From the human T2T-CHM13v2.0 reference genome, Homo sapiens, in assembly GCF_009914755.1 (NCBI RefSeq), contig NC_060929.1: 64,000 nt of DNA. The stretch is one strand, 5' to 3'. Below, piece after piece: positions 23,301-37,900 of this stretch. The notes beneath the pieces were generated by a model. It had not been told where the DNA came from. It did no database searches and was given only the letters and a program-made list of their open reading frames with translations. Position numbers and translations under genes: made by a program. Numbering within the stretch: position 1 is the stretch's first letter; every line of letters begins with the position of its first letter.

Positions 23301-26300
23301 GGCCTTCGTTGGAAACGGGTTTTTTTCATGTAAGGCTAGACAGAAGAATTCTCAGTAACTTCCTTGTGTTGTGTGTATTCAACTCACAGAGTTGAACGAT
23401 CCTTTACACAGAGCAGACTTGTAACACTCTTTTTGTGGAATTTGCAAGTGGAGATTTCAGCCGCTTTGAAGTCAAAGGTAGAAAAGGAAATATCTTCCTA
23501 TAAAAACTAGACAGAATGATTCTCAGAAACTCCTTTGTGATGTGTGCGTTCAACTCACAGAGTTTAACCTTTCTTTTCATAGAGCAGTTAGGAAACACTC
23601 TGCTTGTAAAGTCTGCAAGTGGATATTCAGCCCTCTTTGAGGCCTTCGTTGGAAACGGGTTTTTTTCATATAAGGCTAGACAGAAGAATTCCCAGTAACT
23701 TCCTTGTGTTGTGTGTGTTCAACTCACAGAGTTGAACTTTCATTTACACAGAGCAGATTTGAAACACTCTTTTTGTGGAATTTGCAAGTGGAGATTTCAA
23801 GCGCTTTGAGGCCAAAGGCAGAAAAGGAAATATCTTCGTATAAAAACTAGACAGAATCATTCTCAGAAACTGCTCTGCGATGTGTGCGTTCAACTCTCAG
23901 AGTTTAACTTTTCTTTTCATTCAGCAGTTTGGAAACACTCTGTTTGTAAAGTCTGCACGTGGATATTTTGACCACTTAGAGGCCTTCGTTGGAAACGGGT
24001 TTTTTTCCTGTAAGGCTAGACAGAAGAATTCCCAGTAACTTCCTTGTGTTGTGTACATTCAACTCACAGAGTTGAACGTTCCCTTAGACAGAGCAGATTT
24101 GAAACACTCTTTTTGTGCAATTGGCAAGTGGACATTTCAAGCGCTTTGAGGTCAATGGCAGAAAAGGAAATATCTTCGTTTCAAAACTAGACAGAATCAT
24201 TCCCACAAACTGCGTTGTGATGTGTTCGTTCAACTCACAGAGTTTAACCTTTCTTTTCATAGAGCAGTTAGGAAACAGTCTGTTTGAAAATTCTGTAAGT
24301 GGATATTCTGACATCTTGTGGCCTTCGTTGGAAACGGGATTTCTTCATATTCTGCTAGACAGAAGAATTCTCAGAATCTTCCTTGTGTTGTGTGTATTCA
24401 ACTCACAGAGTTGAACGATGGTTTACACAGAGCAGATTTGAAACACTCATTTGGTGGAATTTGCAAGTGGAGATTTCAGCCGCTTTGAGGTCAATGGTAG
24501 AAAAGGAAATATCTTCGTATAACAACTAGACAGAATGATTCTCAGAAACTTCTTTGTGATGTGTGTGTTCAACTCACAGAGTTTAACCTTTCTTTTCATA
24601 GAGCAGTTAGGAAACACTGTGTTTTTAAACTCTGCAAGTGGATATTCAGACCTCTTTGAGGCCTTCGTTGGAAACGGGATTTCTTCATACTGTGCTAGAC
24701 AGAAGAATTCTCAGTAACTTCCTTGTGTTGTGTGTATTCAACTCACAGAGTTGAACGATCCTTTACACAGAGCAGACTTGAAACACTCTTTTTGTGGAAT
24801 TTGCAAGTGGAGATTTCAGCCGCGTTGAGGTCAATGGTAGAAAAGGAAATATCTTCGTATAAAAACTAGACAGAATGATTCTCAGAAACTCCTTTGTGAT
24901 GTGTGTGTTCAACTCACAGAGTTTAACATTTCTTTTCATAGAGCAGTTAGGAAACACTCTGTTTGTAAAGTCTGCAAGTGGATATTCAGACCTCTTTGAG
25001 GCCTTCGTTGGAAACGGGTTTTTTTCATATAAGGCTAGACAGAAGAATTCCCAGTAACTTCCTTGTGTTGTGTGTGTTCAACTCACAGAGTTGAACTTTC
25101 ATTTACACAGAGCAGATTTGAAACACTCTTTTTGTGGAATTTGCAAATGGAGATTTCAAGCGCTTTGAGGCCAAAGGCAGAAAAGGAAATATCTTCGTAT
25201 AAAAACTAGACAGAATCATTCTCAGAAACTGCTCTGCGATGTGTGCGTTCAACTCTCACAGTTTAACTTTTCTTTTCATTCAGCAGTTTGGAAACACTCT
25301 GTTTGTAAAGTCTGCACGTGGATAATTTGACCACTTAGAGGCCTTCGTTGGAAACGGGTTTTTTTCATGTAAGGCTAGACAGAAGAATTCTCAGTAACTT
25401 CCTTGTGTTGTGTGTATTCAACTCACAGAGTTGAACGATCCTTTACACAGAGCAGACCTGTAACACTCTTTTTGTGGAATTTGCAAGTGGAGATTTCAGC
25501 CGCTTTGAAGTCAAATGTAGAAAAGGAAATATCTTCCTATAAAAACTAGACAGAATGATTCTCAGAAACTCCTTTGTGATGTGTACGTTCAACTCACAGA
25601 GTTTAACCTTTCTTTTCATAGAGCAGTTAGGAAACACTCTGTTTGTAAAGTCTGCAAGTGGATATTGAGACCTCTTTGAGGCCTTCGTTGGAAACGGGTT
25701 TTTTTCATATAAGGCTAGACAGAAGGATTCCCAGTAACTTCCTTGTGTTGTGTGTGTTCAACTCACAGAGTTGAACTTTCATTTACAAAGAGCAGATTTG
25801 AAACACTCTTTTTGTGGAATTTGCAAGTGGAGATTTCAAGCGCTTTGAGGCCAAAGGCAGAAAAGGAAATATCTTCGTATAAAAACTAGACAGAATCATT
25901 CTCAGAAACTGCTCTGCGATGTGTGCGTTCAACTCTCAGAGTTTAACTTTTCTTTTCATTCAGCAGTTTGGAAACAATCTGTTTGTAACGTCTGCACGTG
26001 AATAATTTGACCACTTAGAGGCCTTCGTTGGAAACGGGTTTTTTTCATGTAAGGCTAGACAGAAGAATTCTCAGTAACTTCCTTGTGTTGTGTGTATTCA
26101 ACTCACAGAGTTGAACGATCCTTTACACAGAGCAGACTTGTAACACTCTTTTTGTGGAATTTGCAAGTGGAGATTTCAGCCGCTTTGAAGTCAAAGGTAG
26201 AAAAGGAAATATCTTCCTATAAAAACTAGACAGAATGATTCTCAGAAACTCCTTTGTGATGTGTGCGTTCAACTCACAGAGTTTAACCTTTCTTTTCATA

Positions 26301-29300
26301 GAGCAGTTAGGAAACACTCTGCTTGTAAAGTCTGCAAGTGGATATTCAGCCCTCTTTGAGGCCTCCGTTGGAAACGGGTTTTTTTCATATAAGGCTAGAC
26401 AGAAGAATTCCCAGTAACTTCCTTGTGTTGTGTGTGTTCAACTCACAGAGTTGAACTTTCATTTACACAGAGCAGATTTGAAACACTCTTTTTGTGGAAT
26501 TTGCAAGTGGAGATTTCAAGCGCTTTGAGGCCAAAGGCAGAAAAGGAAATATCTTCGCATAAAAACTAGACAGAATCATTCTCAGAAGCTGCTCTGCGAT
26601 GTGTGCGTTCAACTCTCAGAGTTTAACTTTTCTTTTCATTCAGCAGTTTGGAAACACTCTGTTTGTAAAGTCTGCACGTGGATAATTTGACCACTTAGAG
26701 GCCTTCGTTGGAAACGGGTTTTTTTCATGTAAGGCTAGACAGAAGAGTTCTCAGTAACTTCCTTGTGTTGTGTGTATTCAACTCACACAGTTGAACGATC
26801 CTTTACAGAGAGCAGACTTGTAACACTCTTTTTGTGGAATTTGCAAGTGGAGATTTCAGCCGCTTTGAAGTCAAAGTAGAAAAGGAAATATCTTCCTATA
26901 AAAACTAGACAGAATGATTCTCAGAAACTCCTTTGTGATGTGTGCGTTCAACTCACAGAGTTTAACCTTTCTTTTCATAGAGCAGTTAGGAAACACTCTG
27001 TTTGTAAAGTCTGCAAGTGGATATTCAGACCTCTTTGAGGCCTTCGTTGGAAACGGGTTTTTTTCATATAAGGCTAGACAGAAGAATTCCCAGTAACTTC
27101 CTTGTGTTGTGTGTGTTCAACTCACAGAGTTGAACTTTCATTTACACAGAGCAGATTTGAAACACTCTTTTTGTGGAATTTGCAGGTGGAGATTTCAAGC
27201 GCTTTGAGACCAAAGGCAGAAAAGGAAATATCTTCGTATAAAAACTAGACAGAATCATTCTCAGAAACTGCTCTGCGATGTGTGCGTTCAACTCTCACAG
27301 TTTAACTTTTCTTTTCATTCAGCAGTTTGGAAACACTCTGTTTGTAAAGTCTGCACGTGGATAATTTGACCACTTAGAGGCCTTCGTTGGAAACGGGTTT
27401 TTTTCATGTAAGGCTAGACAGAAGAATTCTCAGTAACTTCCTTGTGTTGTGTGTATTCAACTCACAGAGTTGAACGATCCTTTACACAGAGCAGACTTGT
27501 AACACTCTTTTTGCGGAATTTGCAAGTGGAGATTTCAGCCGCTTTGAAGTCAAAGGTAGAAAAGGAAATATCTTCCTATAAAAACTAGACAGAATGATTC
27601 TCAGAAACTCCTTTGTGATGTGTGCGTTCAACTCACAGAGTTTAACCTTTCTTTTCATAGAGCAGTTAGGAAACACTCTGCTTGTAAAGTCTGCAAGTGG
27701 ATATTCAGCCCTCTTTGAGGCCTTCGTTGGAAACGGGTTTTTTTCATATAAGGCTAGACAGAAGAATTCCCAGTAACTTCCTTGTGTTGTGTGTGTTCAA
27801 CTCACAGAGTTGAACTTTCATTTACACAGAGCAGATTTGAAACACTCTTTTTGTGGAATTTGCAAGTGGAGATTTCAAGCGCTTTGAGACCAAAGGCAGA
27901 AAAGGAAATATCTTCGTATAAAAACTAGACAGAATCATTCTCAGAAACTGCTCTGCGATGTGTGCGTTCAACTCTCAGAGTTTAACTTTTCTTTTCATTC
28001 AGCAGTTTGGAAACACTCTGTTTGTAAAGTCTGCACGTGGATATTTTGACCACTTAGAGGCCTTCGTTGGAAACGGGTTTTTTTCCTGTAAGGCTAGACA
28101 GAAGAATTCCCAGTAACTTCCTTGTGTTGTGTACATTCAACTCACAGAGTTGAACGTTCCCTTAGACAGAGCAGATTTGAAACACTCTTTTTGTGCAATT
28201 GGCAAGTGGAGATTTCAAGCGCTTTGAGGTCAATGGCAGAAAAGGAAATATCTTCGTTTCAAAACTAGACAGAATCATTCCCACAAACTGCGTTGTGATG
28301 TGTTCGTTCAACTCACAGAGTTTAACCTTTCTTTTCATAGAGCAGTTAGGAAACAGTCTGTTTGAAAATTCTGTAAGTGGATATTCTGACATCTTGTGGC
28401 CTTCGTTGGAAACGGGATTTCTTCATATTCTGCTAGACAGAAGAATTCTCAGAATCTTCCTTGTGTTGTGTGTATTCAACTCACAGAGTTGAACGATGGT
28501 TTACACAGAGCAGATTTGAAACACTCATTTGGTGGAATTTGCAAGTGGAGATTTCAGCCGCTTTGAGGTCAATGGTAGAAAAGGAAATATCTTCGTATAA
28601 CAACTAGACAGAATGATTCTCAGAAACTTCTTTGTGATGTGTGTGTTCAACTCACAGAGTTTAACCTTTCTTTTCATAGAGCAGTTAGGAAACACTGTGT
28701 TTTTAAACTCTGCAAGTGGATATTCAGACCTCTTTGAGGCCTTCGTTGGAAACGGGATTTCTTCATACTGTGCTAGACAGAAGAATTCTCAGTAACTTCC
28801 TTGTGTTGTGTGTATTCAACTCACAGAGTTGAACGATCCTTTACACAGAGCAGACTTGAAACACTCTTTTTGTGGAATTTGCAAGTGGAGATTTCAGCCG
28901 CGTTGAGGTCAATGGTAGAAAAGGAAATATCTTCGTATAAAAACTAGACAGAATGATTCTCAGAAACTCCTTTGTGATGTGTGTGTTAAACTCACAGAGT
29001 TTAACATTTCTTTTCATAGAGCAGTTAGGAAACACTCTGTTTGTAAAGTCTGCAAGTGGATATTCAGACCTCTTTGAGGCCTTCGTTGGAAACGGGTTTT
29101 TTTCATGTAAGGCTAGACAGAAGAGTTCTCAGTAACTTCCTTGTGTTGTGTGTATTCAACTCACAGAGTTGAACGATCCTTTACACAGAGCAGACTTGTA
29201 ACACTCTTTTTGTGGAATTTGCAAGTGGAGATTTCAGCCGCTTTGAAGTCAAAGGTAGAAAAGGAAATATCTTCCTATAAAAACTAGACAGAATGATTCT

Positions 29301-32300
29301 CAGAAACTCCTTTGTGATGTGTACGTTCAACTCACAGAGTTTAACCTTTCTTTTCATAGAGCAGTTAGGAAACACTCTGTTTGTAAGGTCTGCAAGTGGA
29401 TATTGAGACCTCTTTGAGGCCTTCGTTGGAAACGGGTTTTTTTCATATAAGGCTAGACAGAAGGATTCCCAGTAACTTCCTTGTGTTGTGTGTGTTCAAC
29501 TCACAGAGTTGAACTTTCATTTACAAAGAGCAGATTTGAAACACTCTTTTTGTGGAATTTGCAAGTGGAGATTTCAAGCGCTTTGAGGCCAAAGGCAGAA
29601 AAGGAAATATCTTCGTATAAAAACTAGACAGAATCATTCTCAGAAACTGCTCTGCGATGTGTGCGTTCAACTCTCAGAGTTTAACTTTTCTTTTCATTCA
29701 GCAGTTTGGAAACACTCTGTTTGTAACGTCTGCACGTGAATAATTTGACCACTTAGAGGCCTTCGTTGGAAACGGGTTTTTTTCATGTAAGGCTAGACAG
29801 AAGAATTCTCAGTAACTTCCTTGTGTTGTGTGTATTCAACTCACAGAGTTGAACGATCCTTTACACAGAGCAGACTTGTAACACTCTTTTTGTGGAATTT
29901 GCAAGTGGAGATTTCAGCCGCTTTGAAGTCAAAGGTAGAAAAGGAAATATCTTCCTATAAAAACTAGACAGAATGATTCTCAGAAACTCCTTTGTGATGT
30001 GTGCGTTCAACTCACAGAGTTTAACTTTTCTTTTCATAGAGCAGTTAGGAAACACTCTGCTTGTAAAGTCTGCAAGTGGATATTCAGCCCTCTTTGAGGC
30101 CTTCGTTGGAAACGGGTTTTTTTCATATAAGGCTAGACAGAAGAATTCCCAGTAACTTCCTTGTGTTGTGTGTGTTCAACTCACAGAGTTGAACTTTCAT
30201 TTACACAGAGCAGATTTGAAACACTCTTTTTGTGGAATTTGCAAGTGGAGATTTCAAGCGCTTTGAGGCCAAAGGCAGAAAAGGAAATATCTTCGTATAA
30301 AAACTAGACAGAATCATTCTCAGAAGCTGCTCTGCGATGTGTGCGTTCAACTCTCAGAGTTTAACTTTTCTTTTCATTCAGCAGTTTGGAAACACTCTGT
30401 TTGTAAAGTCTGCACGTGGATAATTTGACCACTTAGAGGCCTTCGTTGGAAACGGGTTTTTTTCATGTAAGGCTAGACAGAAGAGTTCTCAGTAACTTCC
30501 TTGTGTTGTGTGTATTCAACTCACACAGTTGAACGATCCTTTACAGAGAGCAGACTTGTAACACTCTTTTTGTGGAATTTGCAAGTGGAGATTTCAGCCG
30601 CTTTGAAGTCAAAGTAGAAAAGGAAATATCTTCCTATAAAAACTAGACAGAATGATTCTCAGAAACTCCTTTGTGATGTGTGCGTTCAACTCACAGAGTT
30701 TAACCTTTCTTTTCATAGAGCAGTTAGGAAACACTCTGTTTGTAAAGTCTGCAAGTGGATATTCAGACCTCTTTGAGGCCTTCGTTGGAAACGGGTTTTT
30801 TTCATATAAGGCTAGACAGAAGAATTCCCAGTAACTTCCTTGTGTTGTGTGTGTTCAACTCACAGAGTTGAACTTTCATTTACACAGAGCAGATTTGAAA
30901 CACTCTTTTTGTGGAATTTGCAGGTGGAGATTTCAAGCGCTTTGAGGCCAAAGGCAGAAAAGGAAATATCTTCGTATAAAAACTAGACAGAATCATTCTC
31001 AGAAACTGCTCTGCGATGTGTGCGTTCAACTCTCAGAGTTTAACTTTTCTTTTCATTCAGCAGTTTGGAAACACTCTGTTTGTAAAGTCTGCACGTGGAT
31101 AATTTGACCACTTAGAGGCCTTCGTTGGAAACGGGTTTTTTTCATGTAAGGCTAGACAGAAGAATTCTCAGTAACTTCCTTGTGTTGTGTGTATTCAACT
31201 CACAGAGTTGAACGATCCTTTACACAGAGCAGACTTGTAACACTCTTTTTGTGGAATTTGCAAGTGGAGATTTCAGCCGCTTTGAAGTCAAAGGTAGAAA
31301 AGGAAATATCTTCCTATAAAAACTAGACAGAATGATTCTCAGAAACTCCTTTGTGATGTGTGCGTTCAACTCACAGAGTTTAACCTTTCTTTTCATAGAG
31401 CAGTTAGGAAACACTCTGTTTGTAAAGTCTGCAAGTGGATATTCAGCCCTCTTTGAGGCCTTCGTTGGAAACGGGTTTTTTTCATATAAGGCTAGACAGA
31501 AGAATTCCCAGTAACTTCCTTGTGTTGTGTGTGTTCAACTCACAGAGTTGAACTTTGATTTACACAGAGCAGATTTGAAACACTCTTTTTGTGGAATTTG
31601 CAAGTGGAGATTTCAAGCGCTTTGAGGCCAAAGGCAGAAAAGGAAATATCTTCGTATAAAAACTAGACAGAATCATTCTCAGAAACTGCTCTGCGATGTG
31701 TGCGTTCAACTCTCAGAGTTTAACTTTTCTTTTCATTCAGCAGTTTGGAAACACTCTGTTTGTAAAGTCTGCACGTGGATATTTTGACCACTTAGAGGCC
31801 TTCGTTGGAAACGGGTTTTTTTCCTGTAAGGCTAGACAGAAGAATTCCCAGTAACTTCCTTGTGTTGTGTACATTCAACTCACAGAGTTGAACGTTCCCT
31901 TAGACAGAGCAGATTTGAAACACTCTTTTTGTGCAATTGGCAAGTGGAGATTTCAAGCGCTTTAAGGTCAATGGCAGAAAAGGAAATATCTTCGTTTCAA
32001 AACTAGAGAGAATCATTCCCAAAAACTGCGTTGTGATGTGTTCGTTCATCTCACAGAGTTTAACCTTTCTTTTCATAGAGCAGTTAGGAAACAGTCTGTT
32101 TGTAAATTCTGTAAGTGGATATTCTGACATCTTGTGGCCTTCGTTGGAAACGGGATTTCTTCATATTCTGCTAGACAGAAGAATTCTCAGAATCTTCCTT
32201 GTGTTGTGTGTATTCAACTCACAGAGTTGAACGATGGTTTACACAGAGCAGATTTGAAACACTCTTTTTGTGGAATTTGCAAGTGGAGATTTCAGCCGCT

Positions 32301-33539
32301 TTGAGGTCAATGGTAGAAAAGGAAATATCTTCGTATAAAAACTAGACAGAATGATTCTCAGAAACTTCTTTGTGATGTGTGCGTTCAACTCACAGAGTTT
32401 AACCTTTCTTTTCATAGAGCAGTTAGGAAACACTCCGTTTGTAAACTCTGCAAGTGGATATTCAGACCTCTTTGAGGCCTTCGTTGGAAACGGGATTTCT
32501 TCATACTGTGCTAGACAGAAGAATTCTCAGTAACTTCCTTGTGTTGTGTGTATTCAACTCACAGAGTTGACCGATCCTTTACACAGAGCAGACTTGTAAC
32601 ACTCTTTTTGTGGAATTTGCAAGTGGAGATTTCAGCCGCTTTGAAGTCAAAGGTAGAAAAGGGAATATCTTCCTATAAAAACTAGACAGAATGATTCTCA
32701 GAAACTCCTTTGTCATGTGTGCGTTCAACTCACAGAGTTTAACCTTTCTTTTCATAGAGCAGTTAGGAAACACTCTGTTTCTAAAGTCTGCAAGTGGATA
32801 TTCAGACCTCTTTGAGGCCTTCGTTGGAAACGGGTTTTTTTCATATAAGGCTAGAGAGAAGAATTCCCAGTAACTTCCTTGTGTTGTGTGTGTTCAACTC
32901 ACAGAGTTGAACTTTCATTTACACAGAGCAGATTTGAAACACTCTTTTTGTGGAATTTGCAAGTGGAGATTTCAAGCGCTGTGAGGCCAAAGGCAGAAAA
33001 GGAAATATCTTCGTATAAAAACTAGACAGAATCATTCTCAGAAACTGCTCTGCGATGTGTGCGTTCAACTCTCAGAGTTTAACTTTTCTTTTCATTCAGC
33101 AGTTTGGAAACACTCTGTTTGTAAAGTCTGCACGTGGATAATTTGACCACTTAGAGGCCTTCGTTGGAAACGGTTTTTTTTCATGTAAGGCTAGACAGAA
33201 GAATTCTCAGTAACTTCCTTGTGTTGTGTGTATTCAACTCACACAGTTGAACGATCCTTTACACAGAGCAGACTTGTAACACTCTTTTTGTGGAATTTGC
33301 AAGTGGAGATTTCAGCCGCTTTGAAGTCAAATGTAGAAAAGGAAATATCTTCCTATAAAAACTAGACAGAAAGATTCTCAGAAACTCCTTTGTGATGTGT
33401 GCGTTCAACTCACAGAGTTTAACCTTTCTTTTCATAGAGCAGTTAGGAAACACTCTGTTTGTAAAGTCTGCAAGTGGATATTCAGACCTCTTTGAGGCCT
33501 TCGTTGGAAACGGGTTTTTTTCATATAAGGCTAGACAGA

Positions 33540-34900
33540 AGAATTCCCAGTAACTTCCTTGTGTTGTGTGTGTTCAACTCACAGAGTTGAACTTTCATTT
33601 ACACAGAGCAGATTTGAAACACTCTTTTTGTGGAATTTGCAAGTGGAGATTTCAAGCGCTTTGAGGCCAAAGGCAGAAAAGGAAATATCTTCGTATAAAA
33701 ACTAGACAGAATCATTCTCAGAAACTGCTCTGTGATGTGTGCGTTCAACTCTCAGAGTTTAACTTTTCTTTTCATTCAGCAGTTTGGAAACACTCTGTTT
33801 GTAAAGTCTGCACGTGGATAATTTGACCACTTAGAGGCCTTCGTTGGAAACGGGTTTTTTTCATGTAAGGCTAGACAGAAGAGTTCTCAGTAACTTCCTT
33901 GTGTTGTGTGTATTCAACTCACACAGTTGAACGATCCTTTACAGAGAGCAGACTTGTAACACTCTTTTTGTGGAATTTGCAAGTGGAGATTTCAGCCGCT
34001 TTGAAGTCAAAGTAGAAAAGGAAATATCTTCCTATAAAAACTAGACAGAATGATTCTCAGAAACTCCTTTGTGATGTGTGCGTTCAACTCACAGAGTTTA
34101 ACCTTTCTTTTCATAGAGCAGTTAGGAAACACTCTGTTTGTAAAGTCTGCAAGTGGATATTCAGACCTCTTTGAGGCCTTCGTTGGAAACGGGTTTTTTT
34201 TCATATAAGGCTAGACAGAAGAATTCCCAGTAACTTCCTTGTGTTGTGTGTGTTCAACTCACAGAGTTGAACTTTCATTTACACAGAGCAGATTTGAAAC
34301 ACTCTTTTTGTGGAATTTGCAAGTGGAGATTTCAAGCGCTTTGAGGCCAAAGGCAGAAAAGGAAATATCTTCGTATAAAAACTAGACAGAATCATTCTCA
34401 GAAACTGCTCTGTGATGTGTGCGTTCAACTCTCAGAGTTTAACTTTTCTTTTCATTCAGCAGTTTGGAAACACTCTGTTTGTAAAGTCTGCACGTGGATA
34501 ATTTGACCACTTAGAGGCCTTCGTTGGAAACGGGTTTTTTTCATGTAAGGCTAGACAGAAGAGTTCTCAGTAACTTCCTTGTGTTGTGTGTATTCAACTC
34601 ACACAGTTGAACGATCCTTTACACAGAGCAGACTTGTAACACTCTTTTTGTGGAATTTGCAAGTGGAGATTTCAGCCGCTTTGAAGTCAAAGTAGAAAAG
34701 GAAATATCTTCCTATAAAAACTAGACAGAATGATTCTCAGAAACTCCTTTGTGATGTGTGCGTTCAACTCACAGAGTTTAACCTTTCTTTTCATAGAGCA
34801 GTTAGGAAACACTCTGTTTGTAAAGTCTGCAAGTGGATATTCAGACCTCTTTGAGGCCTTCGTTGGAAACGGGTTTTTTTCATATAAGGCTAGACAGAAG
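33540..34900 (+). repeat. Local tandem duplication of one ~680-bp tetramer
   Basis: The marker set CTCTGTGAT + GAGTTC (EcoRI loss) + CAAAGTAG (1-bp deletion), normally seen once per larger unit, occurs twice in a row (GAGTTC at 33881 and 34561). Confidence 0.75.
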
Positions 34901-37900
34901 AATTCCCAGTAACTTCCTTGTGTTGTGTGTGTTCATCTCACAGAGTTGAACTTTCATTTACACAGAGCAGATTTGAAACACTCTTTTTGTGGAATTTGCA
35001 GGTGGAGATTTCAAGCGCTTTGAGGCCAAAGGCAGAAAAGGAAATATCTTCGTATAAAAACTAGACAGAATCATTCTCAGAAACTGCTCTGCGATGTGTG
35101 CGTTCAACTCTCAGAGTTTAACTTTTCTTTTCATTCAGCAGTTTGGAAACACTCTGTTTGTAAAGTCTGCACGTGGATAATTTGACCACTTAGAGGCCTT
35201 CGTTGGAAACGGGTTTTTTTCATGTAAGGCTAGACAGAAGAATTCTCAGTAACTTCCTTGTGTTGTGTGTATTCAACTCACACAGTTGAACGATCCTTTA
35301 CACAGAGCAGACTTGTAACACTCTTTTTGTGGAATTTGCAAGTGGAGATTTCAGCCGCTTTGAAGTCAAAGGTAGAAAAGGAAATATCTTCCTATAAAAA
35401 CTAGACAGAATGATTCTCAGAAACTCCTTTGTGATGTGTGCGTTCAACTCACAGAGTTTAACCTTTCTTTTCATAGAGCAGTTAGGAAACACTCTGCTTG
35501 TAAAGTCTGCAAGTGGATATTCAGCCCTCTTTGAGGCCTTCGTTGGAAACGGGTTTTTTTCATATAAGGCTAGACAGAAGAATTCCCAGTAACTTCCTTG
35601 TGTTGTGTGTGTTCAACTCACAGAGTTGAACTTTGATTTACACAGAGCAGATTTGAAACACTCTTTTTGTGGAATTTGCAAGTGGAGATTTCAAGCGCTT
35701 TGAGGCCAAAGGCAGAAAAGGAAATATCTTCGTATAAAAACTAGACAGAATCATTCTCAGAAACTGCTCTGCGATGTGTGCGTTCAACTCTCAGAGTTTA
35801 ACTTTTCTTTTCATTCAGCAGTTTGGAAACACTCTGTTTGTAAAGTCTGCACGTGGATATTTTGACCACTTAGAGGCCTTCGTTGGAAACGGGTTTTTTT
35901 CCTGTAAGGCTAGACAGAAGAATTCCCAGTAACTTCCTTGTGTTGTGTACATTCAACTCACAGAGTTGAACGTTCCCTTAGACAGAGCAGATTTGAAACA
36001 CTCTTTTTGTGCAATTGGCAAGTGGAGATTTCAAGCGCTTTAAGGTCAATGGCAGAAAAGGAAATATCTTCGTTTCAAAACTAGAGAGAATCATTCCCAA
36101 AAACTGCGTTGTGATGTGTTCGTTCATCTCACAGAGTTTAACCTTTCTTTTCATAGAGCAGTTAGGAAACAGTCTGTTTGTAAATTCTGTAAGTGGATAT
36201 TCTGACATCTTGTGGCCTTCGTTGGAAACGGGATTTCTTCATATTCTGCTAGACAGAAGAATTCTCAGAATCTTCCTTGTGTTGTGTGTATTCAACTCAC
36301 AGAGTTGAACGATGGTTTACACAGAGCAGATTTGAAACACTCTTTTTGTGGAATTTGCAAGTGGAGATTTCAGCCGCTTTGAGGTCAATGGTAGAAAAGG
36401 AAATATCTTCGTATAAAAACTAGACAGAATGATTCTCAGAAACTTCTTTGTGATGTGTGCGTTCAACTCACAGAGTTTAACCTTTCTTTTCATAGAGCAG
36501 TTAGGAAACACTCTGTTTGTAAACTCTGCAAGTGGATATTCAGACCTCTTTGAGGCCTTCGTTGGAAACGGGATTTCTTCATACTGTGCTAGACAGAAGA
36601 ATTCTCAGTAACTTCCTTGTGTTGTGTGTATTCAACTCACAGAGTTGACCGATCCTTTACACAGAGCAGACTTGTAACACTCTTTTTGTGGAATTTGCAA
36701 GTGGAGATTTCAGCCGCTTTGAAGTCAAAGGTAGAAAAGGGAATATCTTCCTATAAAAACTAGACAGAATGATTCTCAGAAACTCCTTTGTCATGTGTGC
36801 GTTCAACTCACAGAGTTTAACCTTTCTTTTCATAGAGCAGTTAGGAAACACTCTGTTTCTAAAGTCTGCAAGTGGATATTCAGACCTCTTTGAGGCCTTC
36901 GTTGGAAACGGGTTTTTTCATATAAGGCTAGAGAGAAGAATTCCCAGTAACTTCCTTGTGTTGTGTGTGTTCAACTCACAGAGTTGAACTTTCATTTACA
37001 CAGAGCAGATTTGAAACACTCTTTTTGTGGAATTTGCAAGTGGAGATTTCAAGCGCTGTGAGGCCAAAGGCAGAAAAGGAAATATCTTCGTATAAAAACT
37101 AGACAGAATCATTCTCAGAAACTGCTCTGCGATGTGTGCGTTCAACTCTCAGAGTTTAACTTTTGTTTTCATTCAGCAGTTTGGAAACACTCTGTTTGTA
37201 AAGTCTGCACGTGGATAATTTGACCACTTAGAGGCCTTCGTTGGAAACGGTTTTTTTTCATGTCAGGCTAGACAGAAGAATTCTCAGTAACTTCCTTGTG
37301 TTGTGTGTATTCAACTCACACAGTTGAACGATCCTTTACACAGAGCAGACTTGTAACACTCTTTTTGTGGAATTTGCAAGTGGAGATTTCAGCCGCTTTG
37401 AAGTCAAATGTAGAAAAGGAAATATCTTCCTATAAAAACTAGACAGAAAGATTCTCAGAAACTCCTTTGTGATGTGTGCGTTCAACTCACAGAGTTTAAC
37501 CTTTCTTTTCATAGAGCAGTTAGGAAACACTCTGTTTGTAAAGTCTGCAAGTGGATATTCAGACCTCTTTGAGGCCTTCGTTGGAAACGGGTTTTTTTCA
37601 TATAAGGCTAGACAGAAGAATTCCCAGTAACTTCCTTGTGTTGTGTGTGTTCAACTCACAGAGTTGAACTTTCATTTACACAGAGCAGATTTGAAACACT
37701 CTTTTTGTGGAATTTGCAAGTGGAGATTTCAAGCGCTTTGAGGCCAAAGGCAGAAAAGGAAATATCTTCGTATAAAAACTAGACAGAATCATTCTCAGAA
37801 ACTGCTCTGTGATGTGTGCGTTCAACTCTCAGAGTTTAACTTTTCTTTTCATTCAGCAGTTTGGAAACACTCTGTTTGTAAAGTCTGCACGTGGATAATT

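Noticed and set aside
34194-36918. T-run length variants after the CENP-B box (T8 at ~34194, T6 at ~36913)
   Set aside because: Singleton homopolymer length changes are typical slippage or sequencing errors and cannot be interpreted without reads.
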